Source of the DNA: Mobula birostris
Taxonomy: Eukaryota
Direction: 5' to 3'
Length of the DNA stretch: 64,000 nucleotides
Assembly: GCF_030028105.1 (NCBI RefSeq)
Contig: NC_092385.1
Location: 25,882,774 to 25,946,773, forward strand
Under the pieces are notes generated by a model. That model saw only the letters and a program-made list of their open reading frames with translations. It was not told the DNA's origin and did no database searches. Positions 50,760 to 62,727 of this stretch are shown piece after piece. Position 1 is the first letter of the stretch; each line of letters starts with the position of its first letter. Both the position numbers and the translations under genes were made by a program.

Positions 50760-50960
50760 TCAATGACAAACCACCAATGCACAAAAGATATTTCGGGCAT
50801 CACGTTACGAAGAGAGGCCTGGAAAATGGATGTTGTCATTGAATGACCGAACAGCCTGGTTTGCTGAGGTGTGTTTTCTTTACAGGATTTATGTTTGGCT
50901 GTCAACCTCCAACCCGGGAAGTAATTGACGACGGGCGAGTGCTGGTCGGGCGGCACTCAC

Positions 50961-51096
50961 CCACAGATCTCCGAATGCGCGTACGGTCTGCGCCCCCATC
51001 CAGAACATTCACCAGCTTCTCCACGTCGAGTGAGGAGGCTTTCCGCTCGCTATCAATGTCCGGATTGACAGCTCCGAACACCGACTCGTTCCACAT
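50961..51096 (-). CDS. ACOX2: ACOX2 coding exon 1 (MWNESVFGAVNPDIDSERKASSLDVEKLVNVLDGG...RRSV)
   Basis: ACOX N-terminal motif NPD..SER; G|gtgagt donor. Confidence 0.9.
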
Positions 51097-51260
51097 GCCG
51101 ACTGCACCCTGAACACTCTCCAGGCCCTAGGAGACTTTGCGGAGTCCGTCTCCCATCAGACGCAGCCCTCCGACCAACTAACCAACCAGTGGCCGAGCGC
51201 TCCGTCTTATTACCATGCCTATTGGCTGGTTCCACTGTCAATCAATTGTCAATTCTCTTC
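51097..51260 (-). promoter_or_regulatory. ACOX2: ACOX2 5' UTR/proximal promoter, CpG-rich, CCAAT box ~51221
   Basis: CpG enrichment and cagccaat on the minus strand. Confidence 0.5.
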
Positions 51261-51660
51261 CAGTAAGGAAGTTTTCTAGGATTTTTGAGCAGGCTGTAAA
51301 CTATTTTGTTATTCGCTGTGCACGAAGTATTACTTTCGAGGGAAGTCACGTTCCCATAACAAATTTAGATATTTTTATTTTAAAATTATATGGATTTCAC
51401 AAAATAACTATTCCTGAAAGTGGTTAGAGTGAATGTTTGCGCACAGCATACTGTTGTCCTGTCCAGTGAAAGTTTGCTAGCTCTCATCGAAGGTGAATAG
51501 TCCAGTAGGTTTATCGGGAAGATTGGTGGCAGTTTGTAAATATTTACTTTTACAACACACTGCCTAATTTTGCCGGTTATTGCTAGTTTTGTCTTATTAT
51601 TTCAGATTTCCACAAACTATCCACGTTCAGGCGAGGTATGAAGCGGCAGCGCCAGATGTG

Positions 51661-51832
51661 AGCAACACACATCAAAGTTGGTGAGACTCTTCCTTCAGGT
51701 AGTCCTGACGAAGGGTCTCGGCCTGAAACGTCGACTGTACCTCTTCCTAGAGATGCTGCCTGGCCTGCTGCGTTCACCAGCAACTTTGATGTGTGTTGCT
51801 TGAATTTCCAGCATCTGCAGAATTCCTCTTGT
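51661..51832 (+). mobile_element. Short Penelope-derived insert with an inverted 5' tail piece
   Basis: 51661-51684 is an inverted copy of ~51774-51800; body matches 2283-2425. Confidence 0.85.
51701..51736 (+). ncRNA. Intact minimal type I hammerhead ribozyme motif (GUC cleavage triplet)
   Basis: AGTC-CTGACGA-agggtctcggcct-GAAA-CG-TC-GACT; all core nucleotides present. Confidence 0.82.
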
Positions 51833-52104
51833 TAGCGCCAAATGTGAACTATTTTCACACTATTATGTTTATTTTATCATACTTTCTTACTATACAGCAT
51901 ACTTCTTTATCTGTGGAATGTGTGTTTCCCATCAGCGGATACAACCTGTTCCATTCCCTGTCTGTACATTGCGATGGAGTCATAACGTAGAGATTTTTAA
52001 TCCCTCACATTGTGAGACGGATGTAAGATCTAAATAAATAAATTAAAATTAAAATTCGCTTATTTCACTCGCTTGCATACCCGGCAACTATTGAAAAGTT
52101 CAAA

Positions 52105-53056
52105 GAACTTATTAGAAAAACAAGACTTTCATCGGTATTTACAGATGCAACAGTATGTTAATAGGACGGTTAAAAATGTAACCAGGGCAAGTACATGTCT
52201 GATAGAGCTATTTAGAAAAGCATATAATTTAGACAACGGTAGTAGAATCGTTTCAAGCGTGTATAAGGGTTTGTCAAATCTTAAAACATTCGACTTCATA
52301 CATTAAAACAAAATGGGAGAAGGAAGGAGGGATAATAATATCTGAGGAAGACTGGACAATAATATGGAGGTATCAATGGAAGTGTACCAGTTCACAGAAA
52401 TAGAGGGAGTTCGGGTGGAAAAACTTGATAAGATATTTTATTACACCCTCTCAGAAATCCCATTATGATAGTAACCTCCCTGTTTGCTGGAAAAATTGTG
52501 GAAGTCAAAATGCAAACCATTATCACATTTTCTGGGAATGTCCCGTTATCAAAGACTGTTGGAATGGGATTCATAATGCCCTACTAGACATCTTTAAATG
52601 TGAAATGCCCTTAGAGAGTAAGACCATATATTTTAGGTATATACCTCAAGAATGGTTGAAAAGAGATAAATATTTAATGAATATACTACTGGTGGCCCTT
52701 ACCAGGAAATGGTTATCACAGGAGAGCCCAACGTTAAATGTATGGATGGAAATTACGATGGACATTTACAAAATAGAAAAGATTGTTAATCATAAGTTGG
52801 AACAATTTGATTCATACTGGGAAAAATAGTTTAACTACATAACACCTCATAGGCCTGATTTTATTCTCACAAGTCAATGAATATGTTGTAAAAAAAAGAT
52901 CACCCCCTACTTTGTACATATATACCTCAGATAAATATTATGTGGAGATTTGTGACAAATATGATTACATGATATATATGTACAGTATCTGAAATACATC
53001 TTATGGAAATGTTTGTTTGATGATGAAATTCAATTTTAAAAAATTACAAAAAAAGT
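52105..53056 (+). mobile_element. L1-type LINE 3' fragment
   Basis: CWKNCGSQNANHYHIFWECP zinc-knuckle region, A-rich tail. Confidence 0.8.
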
Positions 53057-55328
53057 TCAAAGAACAACAATTCAGCCTGCGTCTTGCTTTTAGACAAGAG
53101 CTAATTTTCTACGTTAACAGTGCTTACAACAATGAATTCCGCAGTATTAGGTTACCCAAGTTGGGCCATTGGCAGAATTGTCGTTAATTATAGGTCTTCC
53201 TTGGCTACTTTGAATTTTGCAATGTAATTTACATTAACACCACTAATGTTAATAAAAGATGACTGGTATGTAAATAATGTATGCAAACAGTGTACTTGAG
53301 CTGCAAAATGCAAAACCAAAGCATTCAATTTTTGAAGCACGAGAAATTTCCACATGGTAAAATAAGCAGTTTTTAATTTCAAAGCTGTTACAATTACACA
53401 AACCTATAGATGGCAACAATCCAACTGAATACAAAATCTCCTCCTGTTATCAATGATGAAACAGTGATTACCTCTTATCACAGATTCACAGACTGGAGCT
53501 TGAATTTTATGTACATGTAGAAAAGCAACAATTTCCCAAATGATGAGTAGAAGTGAAAGAAAATAAACTTTCAGAATGTGCATTCCAACACTAAATCTAA
53601 TCAGAGGTGTAAATTGATTTTACTGTGGTGATAGGTGTAACTTATGTAACCGTAAACATTTTCTCAGTAACATTTCAAAAGCATCATTTACAAAACATAC
53701 AGACAGCTGTTGTCACTACAAACAATATGATTTGTCATTCTAGCAGCTGCATTGCAATTTTTCTTTGCAATTCTGGTCACAAAATATCAGAGACTCTTTC
53801 TTTCCAGTACTAGGTGAATTGAATACATGGCAAACAAAATTAAGAGAGTGACAATCTTTTCAAATGAAGTTAAAAGCTTTCAGAATTACATTCATAATCA
53901 AGCAGTCTCCAACACCTGGACATTACTAAGTATAAAATAAATCAGCATTTTGAAGTGTAAGTGACAGAATGAACATTAAAGATATTGATTGTGAATTGAT
54001 TTTGTTTACACAGCATTTATCTTTAAAGTAGTAGTCATTGCATTTCTTGTACTACACAAAATTCTTCTCTATGCTGCCCACACATTCTGTAAGGCTAATT
54101 ATTGTGATTTTCTAAGGCTCTGGTACAGATAACTTTTCAAAATATATCTGCTTTTAGTAGTAGGTTCATAAGCGCTTAATAGAATTATTCTAGAATGAAA
54201 TGTGCTGTCAGCAAGACAGAACAAAGTTTTAAAGGTTTTGGTCAGTTGTTCCTTGGTTTACTGTAGAAGTTTTAATTGTGTTTACCCTATTAATTTCTTT
54301 ATCCCATAGTATTATATCAGAAAAAAAACACACCAAGATTCTCAATACAGGAGTTATCTACACATCTATTACTATAGGTAGATAATAAATGTATTGAAAA
54401 TTGTGATATATTTTCTGGATTGTTAGGTATTGTGCAATCTAAATTTAATTCCTAAAAAAATATCAACAGTCAACAATTCCAAATCTTCCCAGCAGATTCT
54501 GGCTATTTCAGCTGTTGACTGTATACATACATAATCAGACAATCCATAAAATACCAACAGCCACCACTTATCTTACTGTTAAGATTTGTAGATTAAAATT
54601 AACAATATCCATGTAGCATTTACAACAATCTTCAATTAGCAACATTTTAATTCAAATACAGCTGTAACAAAAAAAAATGCATAGCAGTTAAACGTTTGAC
54701 CAAATATCAACACAAGCAAAAGGAAGGCTCTTCCTCTGAGATAAAAGGCAAATATCACATGACAATAATTGTCACCATCAAATCTCACCCATCAAAGGGA
54801 ACATTCGACTCTAAGTTCATTTCATTAAAAAGAGTCACTGCTGCTGCACGTCAGTTGATGTTACAAGCAGAGAACCTTTTTACGCAAAATACCATGAAAC
54901 ACCTTCTTTATGCTTTGAATCATTACATGGAATGCATGAAAGAATAGCGAGCTTGATGTTCCATCTTAGAGGTAAGAAATTTAAGGTATGTTGATAGGTC
55001 ACTTTGTCATTACAATTCATTGTCCAGATTCACTGGATTCTTGTTATGTTTCTTTTTATTCAAACTGGCATATTCACATTAAGTAGCACTTTCACGTTCT
55101 CACCTACTGATCAGGTTTGGTGAGCCCTACAAAACAAACATTCTTAATGTCTGGAAAAGATTGGCCATCCATTCCGAGCAGAATAAAACAGTTTTCATTT
55201 TCCTCATAAGAAAGACAAGAACATTAAATGAACTCTATAATGATGGCATAGCAAATCAGTCAAGTATAACTGGTGCCGAGCATTATCAACCAGTAAAAGG
55301 CCATTCATTGAGAAAGGAACTCTCTATA

Positions 55329-55445
55329 CTAGCCAGCCTTCTTCTCAGTACTGAAAGTGGATGTTCTCCGCAAGTTTTCTTTGACTTTGATGAATTCAGG
55401 AGCATTTTCTTGTTCTTCTCCACTCCTCTCCTGTTCCCTTTCCAA
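55329..55445 (-). CDS. FAM107A: FAM107A last coding exon (LEREQERSGEEQENAPEFIKVKENLRRTSTFSTEKKAG*)
   Basis: ctttcag| acceptor; conserved FAM107 motif APEFIKV.ENLRR; synteny with ACOX2. Confidence 0.88.
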   Translation of the reverse strand: MEREQERSGEEQENAPEFIKVKENLRRTSTFSTEKKAG

Positions 55446-56147
55446 CTGAAAGATACAATTTCACCATTTAGTAAATGCAAAAGTTTTCTACAATAGTTTC
55501 CACACTTGAACGTGTTAGCTTAACCATAACATGTTGCCTAAGTTGCATAGGGAAGAACAAAGGTTGCCTATTGATTAATGATGATGTCAATATTAAAATC
55601 AAGTAGCAATTGGAATATGGCAAAGATAAGATTGTTACAGCCTTAGTGACATATTGTCCTGTTGCTTTGGGGAATATTGAAAATTTGGGACCACAATCCA
55701 CTTCTACCTCCCCCAGAATCTGAATTCTTAGTGATGTTTACTCTTTACCTGGTGGTAGAAGTGGAAAACGTTGGATTAATTTTTAGATTATTTTAGAATA
55801 AAGTTTCCTAATGTTTAATCACACTTCTAAATTCATGTTTTTTAGGCAATGCCCAACATTTCAGGAAGTTTCTCAGTGACTTCATTTTTCCAAAATGTTT
55901 TATCAGTTCTTCTTGTTTCTGCAGGTATGCTTATGACAAGTTTGAAACACAAGATGGAAGAGCACCATAGGAAACTGTACAAATAACTTCATTATATCTA
56001 GCTCTGATTTACAGTTTTCTCAAGAAATGGAAGTGTTACTTTAACTTCGTATGATACTAGACTCACAGTATGCTGCTATCTTACAATGCTCTCTAGAAGA
56101 CTCACCAAGATACTTTACTGTAGGAAAAAATAAACAAATTCATATAC

Positions 56148-56450
56148 TAAACACAAGAGATTCTGCAGATGCTGGAAATCCAGAGCAACACACACAAGGC
56201 TGGAGGAACTCAGGATGGTCAGGCATCATCTATGGAAGTGAATAAACAGTCGACGTTTTAGGCCGAAAATGGAAAGGAAGGGGAAGAGTACGAAGGTGGG
56301 GGGTGGGGAAGAGGGGAAATAGTGCACGCTAGGAGGTGATTGGTGAAGCCAGGTGGGTGGGAGAGGGGGAATGAAGTAAGAAGCTGGGAGATGATAGATG
56401 GAAAAGGTAAACGTCTAGAAGGAATCTGATAGGAGAGGGTGGAATATGGG
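56148..56450 (-). mobile_element. Penelope-like 3' UTR/tail with the hammerhead core deleted
   Basis: Reverse complement ...tcggcctaaaacgtcgactg plus tail; no CUGAnGA. Confidence 0.65.
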
Positions 56451-56689
56451 AGAAATTCATAAAGTATCTTTTTCATCTTTGAGATATAAAACATATGTAT
56501 TAAAGGACCTTAACAGAAAACTTACAAGACACTTCCACCACAATCCTTGGACATGACTTGTCCTGTTAATAGGCTTGACTTAGAGTGAGGACCACAGTGA
56601 CACACAGCTGGGTAAGAGTAACCCTGGAACCAACATGGGTTCCTTTTTAGTAATGTCAAAGAATTAGCATTCCTTCTCATGTTGAGAAG

Positions 56690-58250
56690 TGAATAAAATT
56701 GCAGAGGTTCAAAATCCAAATTAAGAACAGAATGAATTTCTAAGAGATTAGATGTGACAGAATTCGTTGAATTTGTCCAGGAACATTTTCTGAAGCAATG
56801 GCTCAACTAGAGAAAGGATTATACTCAATCTCTTCTTGAGGAAATGAAGCCATGCAAGTGGCTGATCCATCAGTGGGAGAGTGTTTTGGGACCATAGACC
56901 ATTGTACTTTTAATTTCAATAGCGTTTTGGCCCATAAGTTAAAGGCCTGAATTGAGGAAAGGCTACTTCGGATGGCATTAGACAGAAACCTGCAAAGATT
57001 GATTGGGACAGGCTTTTCAGGTAAAAGGACATGTGGCAAGAGGACATGTACCTTTGCAGGTAAAAGGAGGCATTTAAAGGTGAGATATAAAGAATTCAGG
57101 ACCAGCATCTTCCTGTTAGATCGAAGAGCAAGGCTAGCAGAATTGGAAAACCATAGTTGATTAGGTATATTAAAGTCCTTCAGGAGAAAGGAAGCACATG
57201 TCAGAAATAGGCAGTCAAGATCTATCAAATCCCATAAAGAGTATAAGGGATGTAAGACTACACTTAAGAAGGAAATTAGGGGGACTAAAAGAGACCATGA
57301 GATATCCCTGGTAGTTCAAATACAGTAGGAGAATGCTACTAGATTCTATAATTATATTAAGAATAAAATGGTACTAGAAAGACGGTGTGGAGCAATGAAA
57401 AATTGGTGAAGTAGGCCTTAAATGAACACCATGTATGTATTTATTGTGGGGAGGGGACATGGAAACTAAAGAGTTCGAGGGAGGTGAATGCTGAAGCATA
57501 TTAACATTAAGGAGGGGGCGTTAATGGTCATAAAGCAGGAAAGATTGATGGGGACAGTGGATAGTGTCTTCATGGACTACAACAAGGCCTTTGACAAGGT
57601 TTCCAGATGATAAGATGGTCCAGAAGGGCTGAATACATCGGGACCAGGGTAAGATAGCAAAACTGATATAAAATTGGCTTAAGGTGGTAGTGGTGGTGAG
57701 GGTGGGGTTACTTTTCCAATGAGGGACCTGCAATCATGGCATACCACAGAGATTAGTGCTGTATCCTTTATAATTCATTGTAAATTAATAATTTGAACAG
57801 AATGTCAGACACATGATTACTAAATTTGTGGATAACACCAATTTTTTGGGTATAGTGGACATTGAAGAAGATTGTTCTAGGTAACTTCAGGACCTAGATA
57901 AGCTAGGAAAGCAGACAAGGGAATGGTTGATGGAATTTCATTCAGATAAGTGCAAAATTATGTAGTTTGGAAACTTAACTCAGAGCAGGGCATACACAGT
58001 GATGGCAGGGTGTTGGGGAAATTCTATTGAATAGTGGGACCTTGGGGTTCAAGTACATGGTTCCCTGAAAGTGACAACACAAGTTGACAAGGTGTTAGAG
58101 GCTACATATGGTATGCTTGTCTTCATTGGCTGATTATAGAATTTGGGGCATCAAGTTACAGCTGTAGAAGTCTTTGGTTAGGCCACTCTTAGAATAGTGT
58201 GCACAGTTTTGGGCACCATACTATAGGAAAGATGTGATTAGGCTAGAAAA
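56690..58250 (+). mobile_element. Old CR1 LINE fragment
   Basis: Degenerate KAFDKV and KFVDNT motifs. Confidence 0.6.
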
Positions 58251-58254
58251 AAGA

Positions 58255-59120
58255 TTTTGGATTGGTAACAACATCTCCTCCATAATCTCCATCAGTACAG
58301 GTGCACCACAAGTCCATGTGCTTAGCAGCCTGCTGTAGTTGATATATACTTATGACTGTGAGGCCAAGGACAGCTCCAATGCTGTACTTAAATTTGCTGA
58401 TGACACCACTGTCGTTGGCCAATTCAGAGATGGTGATGAATCAGCAGAAAGGAGGGAGATTGTAAAACTGGCTGAATGGTGTCAAAACAACAACCCTCTA
58501 CTCAATGTCAGCTGGACCAAGGAGATGATTACTGACTACAGGAGGAGGAAACTGGATATCCATGAGCCAGTCCTCATCAGGGGATCAGAGGTGGAGAGGG
58601 TCAGCAACTTTAAATCCCGCAGCGTTATCTTTCAGAGGATCTGTCCTGAATCCAGCATGCAAGTGCCTTTACAAAGAAAGCATAGCAATGTCTCTGCGTT
58701 TTATTTTGGAAATCTGCAAACATTTGGCATGTCTTTGAAGCTTCAAAAAACTCCTATAGATGTGCAGTAGAGAGTATACTGACCAGTTGTATCACAGCCT
58801 GGAATGGAAACATCAATGCCCATGAATGGAAAAGCTGAAAAATGTAGTGGATATGGCCCAGTCCATCACAGGTAAAGACACCCCCTCCCCCCACCATTAA
58901 GCACATCTACGAGCAGCATCCATCATCTTGGCCACGCTCTCCTCACACTGCCGCAATTTGGAAGGAGCTACTGAAGCCTCAAGTTTCACGCCATCAGTTT
59001 CAGGAACAGTTAATACTCTACAACTGTCAGGCTCTTGAGCCAGAATGGATAACTTTACTCCCTCAACTGATTCCACAATCTATGGACGCATTTTTAAAGA
59101 CTGTACAACTCTTGCTCTCA
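58255..59120 (+). mobile_element. Rex1/Babar-type LINE fragment
   Basis: IYTYDC...KFADDTTVVG. Confidence 0.8.
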
Positions 59121-59276
59121 ATATTTTGCCCCTCAGCATTTGCAGCCAGTCAGAGGTGGGTTGCTGAGTCTTCACTGCATGCCCCTCTGTTGGGCAAATC
59201 TTTCAACCTCCTTATCACAGGGAGGAATAAAGCCTTTTTAAATCACCCTTACTTGAGTGTAGGTGCTTGGCAAAGT

Positions 59277-59920
59277 GGTACTGTATCCGGTGCTCCCAGT
59301 GTAGCCTCCTGTACATCAGTGAGACCCGACGTTGATTGAGAGACCGCTTCGCCGAGCACCTATGCTCTGTCCACTAAGAAAAAGCGGAATCTCCCGGTGT
59401 CCACCCATTTTTATTCCACTTCCTATTTTGACATGCCAGTTCATGGCCACCTCTACTGCTGCAATGAGGCCACACCCAGGTTGCAGGAGAAACACCTTAT
59501 ATTTCATCTGGGTAGCCTCCAACCTGATGGCAAGATCATTGATTTCTTGAACTTCTGGTAATGACCCTCTCCCCTCAGCGTTCCCCAACCCTATTTTCTT
59601 CTCTTTCCTCATCTCATTCCCTGCCCATCACTTCCCTCTGGTGCTCTGCTTCCTGCGCTTCCTTTCATGGCCTTCTGTCATCTCCTTCTCCATCTCTTTC
59701 ACCAATCGACTTCCCAGCTCTTTATTTCACCACTCCAGGTCTCACCTATCACTGACTACAGTACCTTGTATTTCTTCCTCCCCTTCCCCCACCTTCTTAC
59801 TCTGACTTCTTGTCTTCTTTTCTCCAGTTCTGATGAATGGTCTCGGCCTGAAATGTCGACTGTTTACTCTTTTCCGTAGATGCTGCCTGGTCCGCCGTGT
59901 TCTTCCAGCATTTTGTCTGT
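59277..59920 (+). mobile_element. Penelope-like fragment with a partly decayed hammerhead (59826-59861)
   Basis: GIY-YIG remnant; agtt-CTGATGA-atggtctcggcct-GAAA-tgTC-gact. Confidence 0.75.
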
Positions 59921-60130
59921 TAACTGCCATATTAGATGCTTTGGGATAAGTTCAAGGTAAAACTTACTTTACCCACAGTGTATGCAAGCAGGAAAGATTA
60001 ATTGGTCCCTTGCTCCCATTATGTCCTCCAATAAAATTATGATGCACCTCAGCATCACTTTCCTTCAATGTCCTTATTACTCTTGATTCCCTTAACATCT
60101 AAAAAGTAATTTTTTTTTGGCATTTCAAAC

Positions 60131-60287
60131 CTGTTCCAGCCTTTGATGTCTCTTCTGGAGTTGAAGTTCAAATGGAGATTTAATTTTCTGTGCCTCTTCT
60201 TCCTCCTTCCGTTGCCGAATGAGCTGATCTCGCCGCCTGTATTCCAGCACTCGTTGTAGCTCTGGTTTGTTTTCAGAACCCAAACCT
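60131..60287 (-). CDS. FAM107A: FAM107A penultimate coding exon ([23 protein letters not shown]...HQRLEQ)
   Basis: 157 nt, ttgtag|...|gtttga; [12 protein letters not shown]107 motif; upstream exon(s) not found in the window. Confidence 0.9.
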
Positions 60288-60730
60288 CTACAAGAGAAGT
60301 AAAATGTTTTAACTCAATGATCTTCTGTGACTTGCACGTGGAAAACTAAAGCCAATTTTCCCCACTGTAGGAGGGACAAGTATGGGGATTTGGAGTTGAT
60401 AACTCTTCAGTAAATTTCAGAGTACACAACTGCATACATGAATTGTGAGTCACTGAATAATGATTCCCAAACAAAGAGATACCCTTGTATGAAATGCGTA
60501 ACAGAGAGAGCAAAGTTAACGGCTTAAAAATTCCAGTTGTTAATTGTCATTGTTTGGCATTATTACTATGCAAAGTTGAAAAAACTTCTACCACATACAC
60601 ATTCTTACAAGGAAACCTGGGTGTGGCCAGCAGTGATATCCTTTCACTGCAGAGTAAAATGCCATCATATTTCTGAAAGGTCTATGATTATTGATTATTC
60701 ATTTTTTTGCACTTTATCTATTTTGTAATA

Positions 60731-61481
60731 CAGTGGATTCTGGTTAACTGGGCTGTTGGTTAATTGGGGCCGCCACTACGTGGGCCAACTCTGAAAGAAC
60801 AAAAACGAATCAAGAAAATAGCTGGGATTCCCTTTATTTATTTGGGATACTATGCCGCTTAATTGGGGCAGGAGATTATTGCTGAACAGTTTCTAACTAA
60901 CGTCAGTCACATGTACTTGCATGGCCGTTCGACAACACCGCGCTTTGAGCAAACAGTTTTTAAGTAGGGTTAGTTGCTTGTGTTTGTGTTCAAAAGAAGT
61001 GATTTTTGTAACTGAAAATTAGCAAGAAATAAACAGCAAGACAATTCAGAACTGTTTTGCTCACTGCAGTTTCAAGCATTCAGGCATGGAGATGCCAGAA
61101 ATGGCTGGGAGCGAAAATGAAATATTTCATGACTTCAACAAGTTAGAAACTATAAAGATTTTGACAGCATCAACAATCATCTTGAATGTTACAATGATGA
61201 GGAAGATTTGGAGGATACAATTGGTGACAACATTGTATGAAGGCTGTCCACTAGGTGTGGGCACTGATTTTATTCATTCACAGTCAAAAGAACGTGACAC
61301 CATCGATAAGTAGTCGGAACAAATACAAAGTTTCATAGTACTGCAATAATATTGGTAGTATTCTAATTAGTTCTGTATTTCATTTAAATACATAATTTGT
61401 TCCTCAGTTTGTCTTTTTTTAAAAAACCTTTTTAACTATTTCCATGAAACCTCAGGTGTTCCAATGAACAAGAATCTATTG
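60731..61481. mobile_element. Non-autonomous Tigger-like element
   Basis: TA flanks; imperfect TIRs CAGTGGATTCTGGTTAACTGG / CAATAGATTCTTGTTCATTGG. Confidence 0.7.
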
Positions 61482-62727
61482 TATAGAGTAATTTTATGTC
61501 TTTGGCCCCGTACTGCTGCTACAAGCAACAATTTTCTAATGACAAGACCAAGATAACAAACCAGATTCTAATTCTGTTACTGTCTTCTCAGATGCATTCA
61601 ACATACAGCCAATGATTTCACCATTCCTAGTGTAAAAACTGAAAATAATTATACCTTATGCAACAAACTTTATGAATTTTTAAGCGTATAATACTTACAT
61701 AATCAACACCAAACCATCTCCTTGGCCCTGAAAATTGAAGCTTTCTGAGTATGATGTGACATTTCCTCAGGATAATATTTGAAGTTTTTGTTCTTTAGGC
61801 TGCAGGCCTGTCGCCAGCTGCCCTGTTCTGTGGTTGAGGGGGTAGTGTAACAAACATCACGTAATGTGTTTTCACTATATTACGGACATTCCGTGTCCAA
61901 GATGTACTGTGGGTATGACAAGTACGGCAGTGGGTGCTTGCTGGTTATACTAGTGTGAACCTCAATTGAAATAATTAGAAGGAACATACTCACTTTACTG
62001 TGACTTTGTCAATGCCCAAACCTGCTGGTGCAGTTGTTAGGACATGGCATTTGAAGAGGAGTTTACTATCCTTGACAAGTGCATGGTCATAGAGTATCAC
62101 TGCATCAGAGGAGCTTGACTCCCGGCAGAATCTGTTCTCTTTGCATTCTTCCATTTTCCAGACTTGTTAGATTCACTTGCAGTCTACCTGCTGGTCACAG
62201 CACTTCACCTTTTATGACCTGCAGGCTTTTAATGGAGAAGCTGGATTTAAAAGGTGGCAGCTATTCACAACACTGGTCTTTTTCCAACAGATGAACAGAG
62301 CTGTTAGCTCAGACTACATCCATTACGATTAACCAGCTGAACGAAGCTCATAAGCTCCTTCCATTGTACATAATAAATCCTGGTTAATCATGGACATTGC
62401 ACACTTGTTGGTGGCGAGGTTCATTAGTTCTTAACGTGTATGATCTTTCTTTGGTCTAGTCTACCCATAGTACTACAGCTCCCATATCAGCATTTTGCCT
62501 TGAATTGTGGCAAAGAAACTGAAGCAAATGGAAATGTACAAATTCACATACCATACAAACTTTGCTTCTTTGGCACTGCTTCAAGAAACTAGAACTTCTG
62601 AAGCTTTTATTACTTCTGGTGGAGATACTGTAAGTATGTTTTACCTCAACTATTTCTCTTTTTATTTCTTGATAAATGTGATACACAGTTTGGAGACTAT
62701 TGCTTGGTTTGTCACTATGGTGAGCTG

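Larger units (their letters stand above)
12614..51096 (-). other. ACOX2: ACOX2 gene span (14 coding exons, 2010-nt CDS, 669 aa branched-chain acyl-CoA oxidase)
   Basis: All exons join in frame with GT-AG introns; motifs YAQTELGHG, KWWPGD, CGGHGY, TYEGEN and C-terminal SKL; position between KCTD6 and FAM107A. Confidence 0.93.

Noticed and set aside
61699-61727. Possible FAM107A micro-exon (ttttcag|29 nt|gtaagt)
   Set aside because: Frame-shifting length, no FAM107 similarity and no in-frame ATG.
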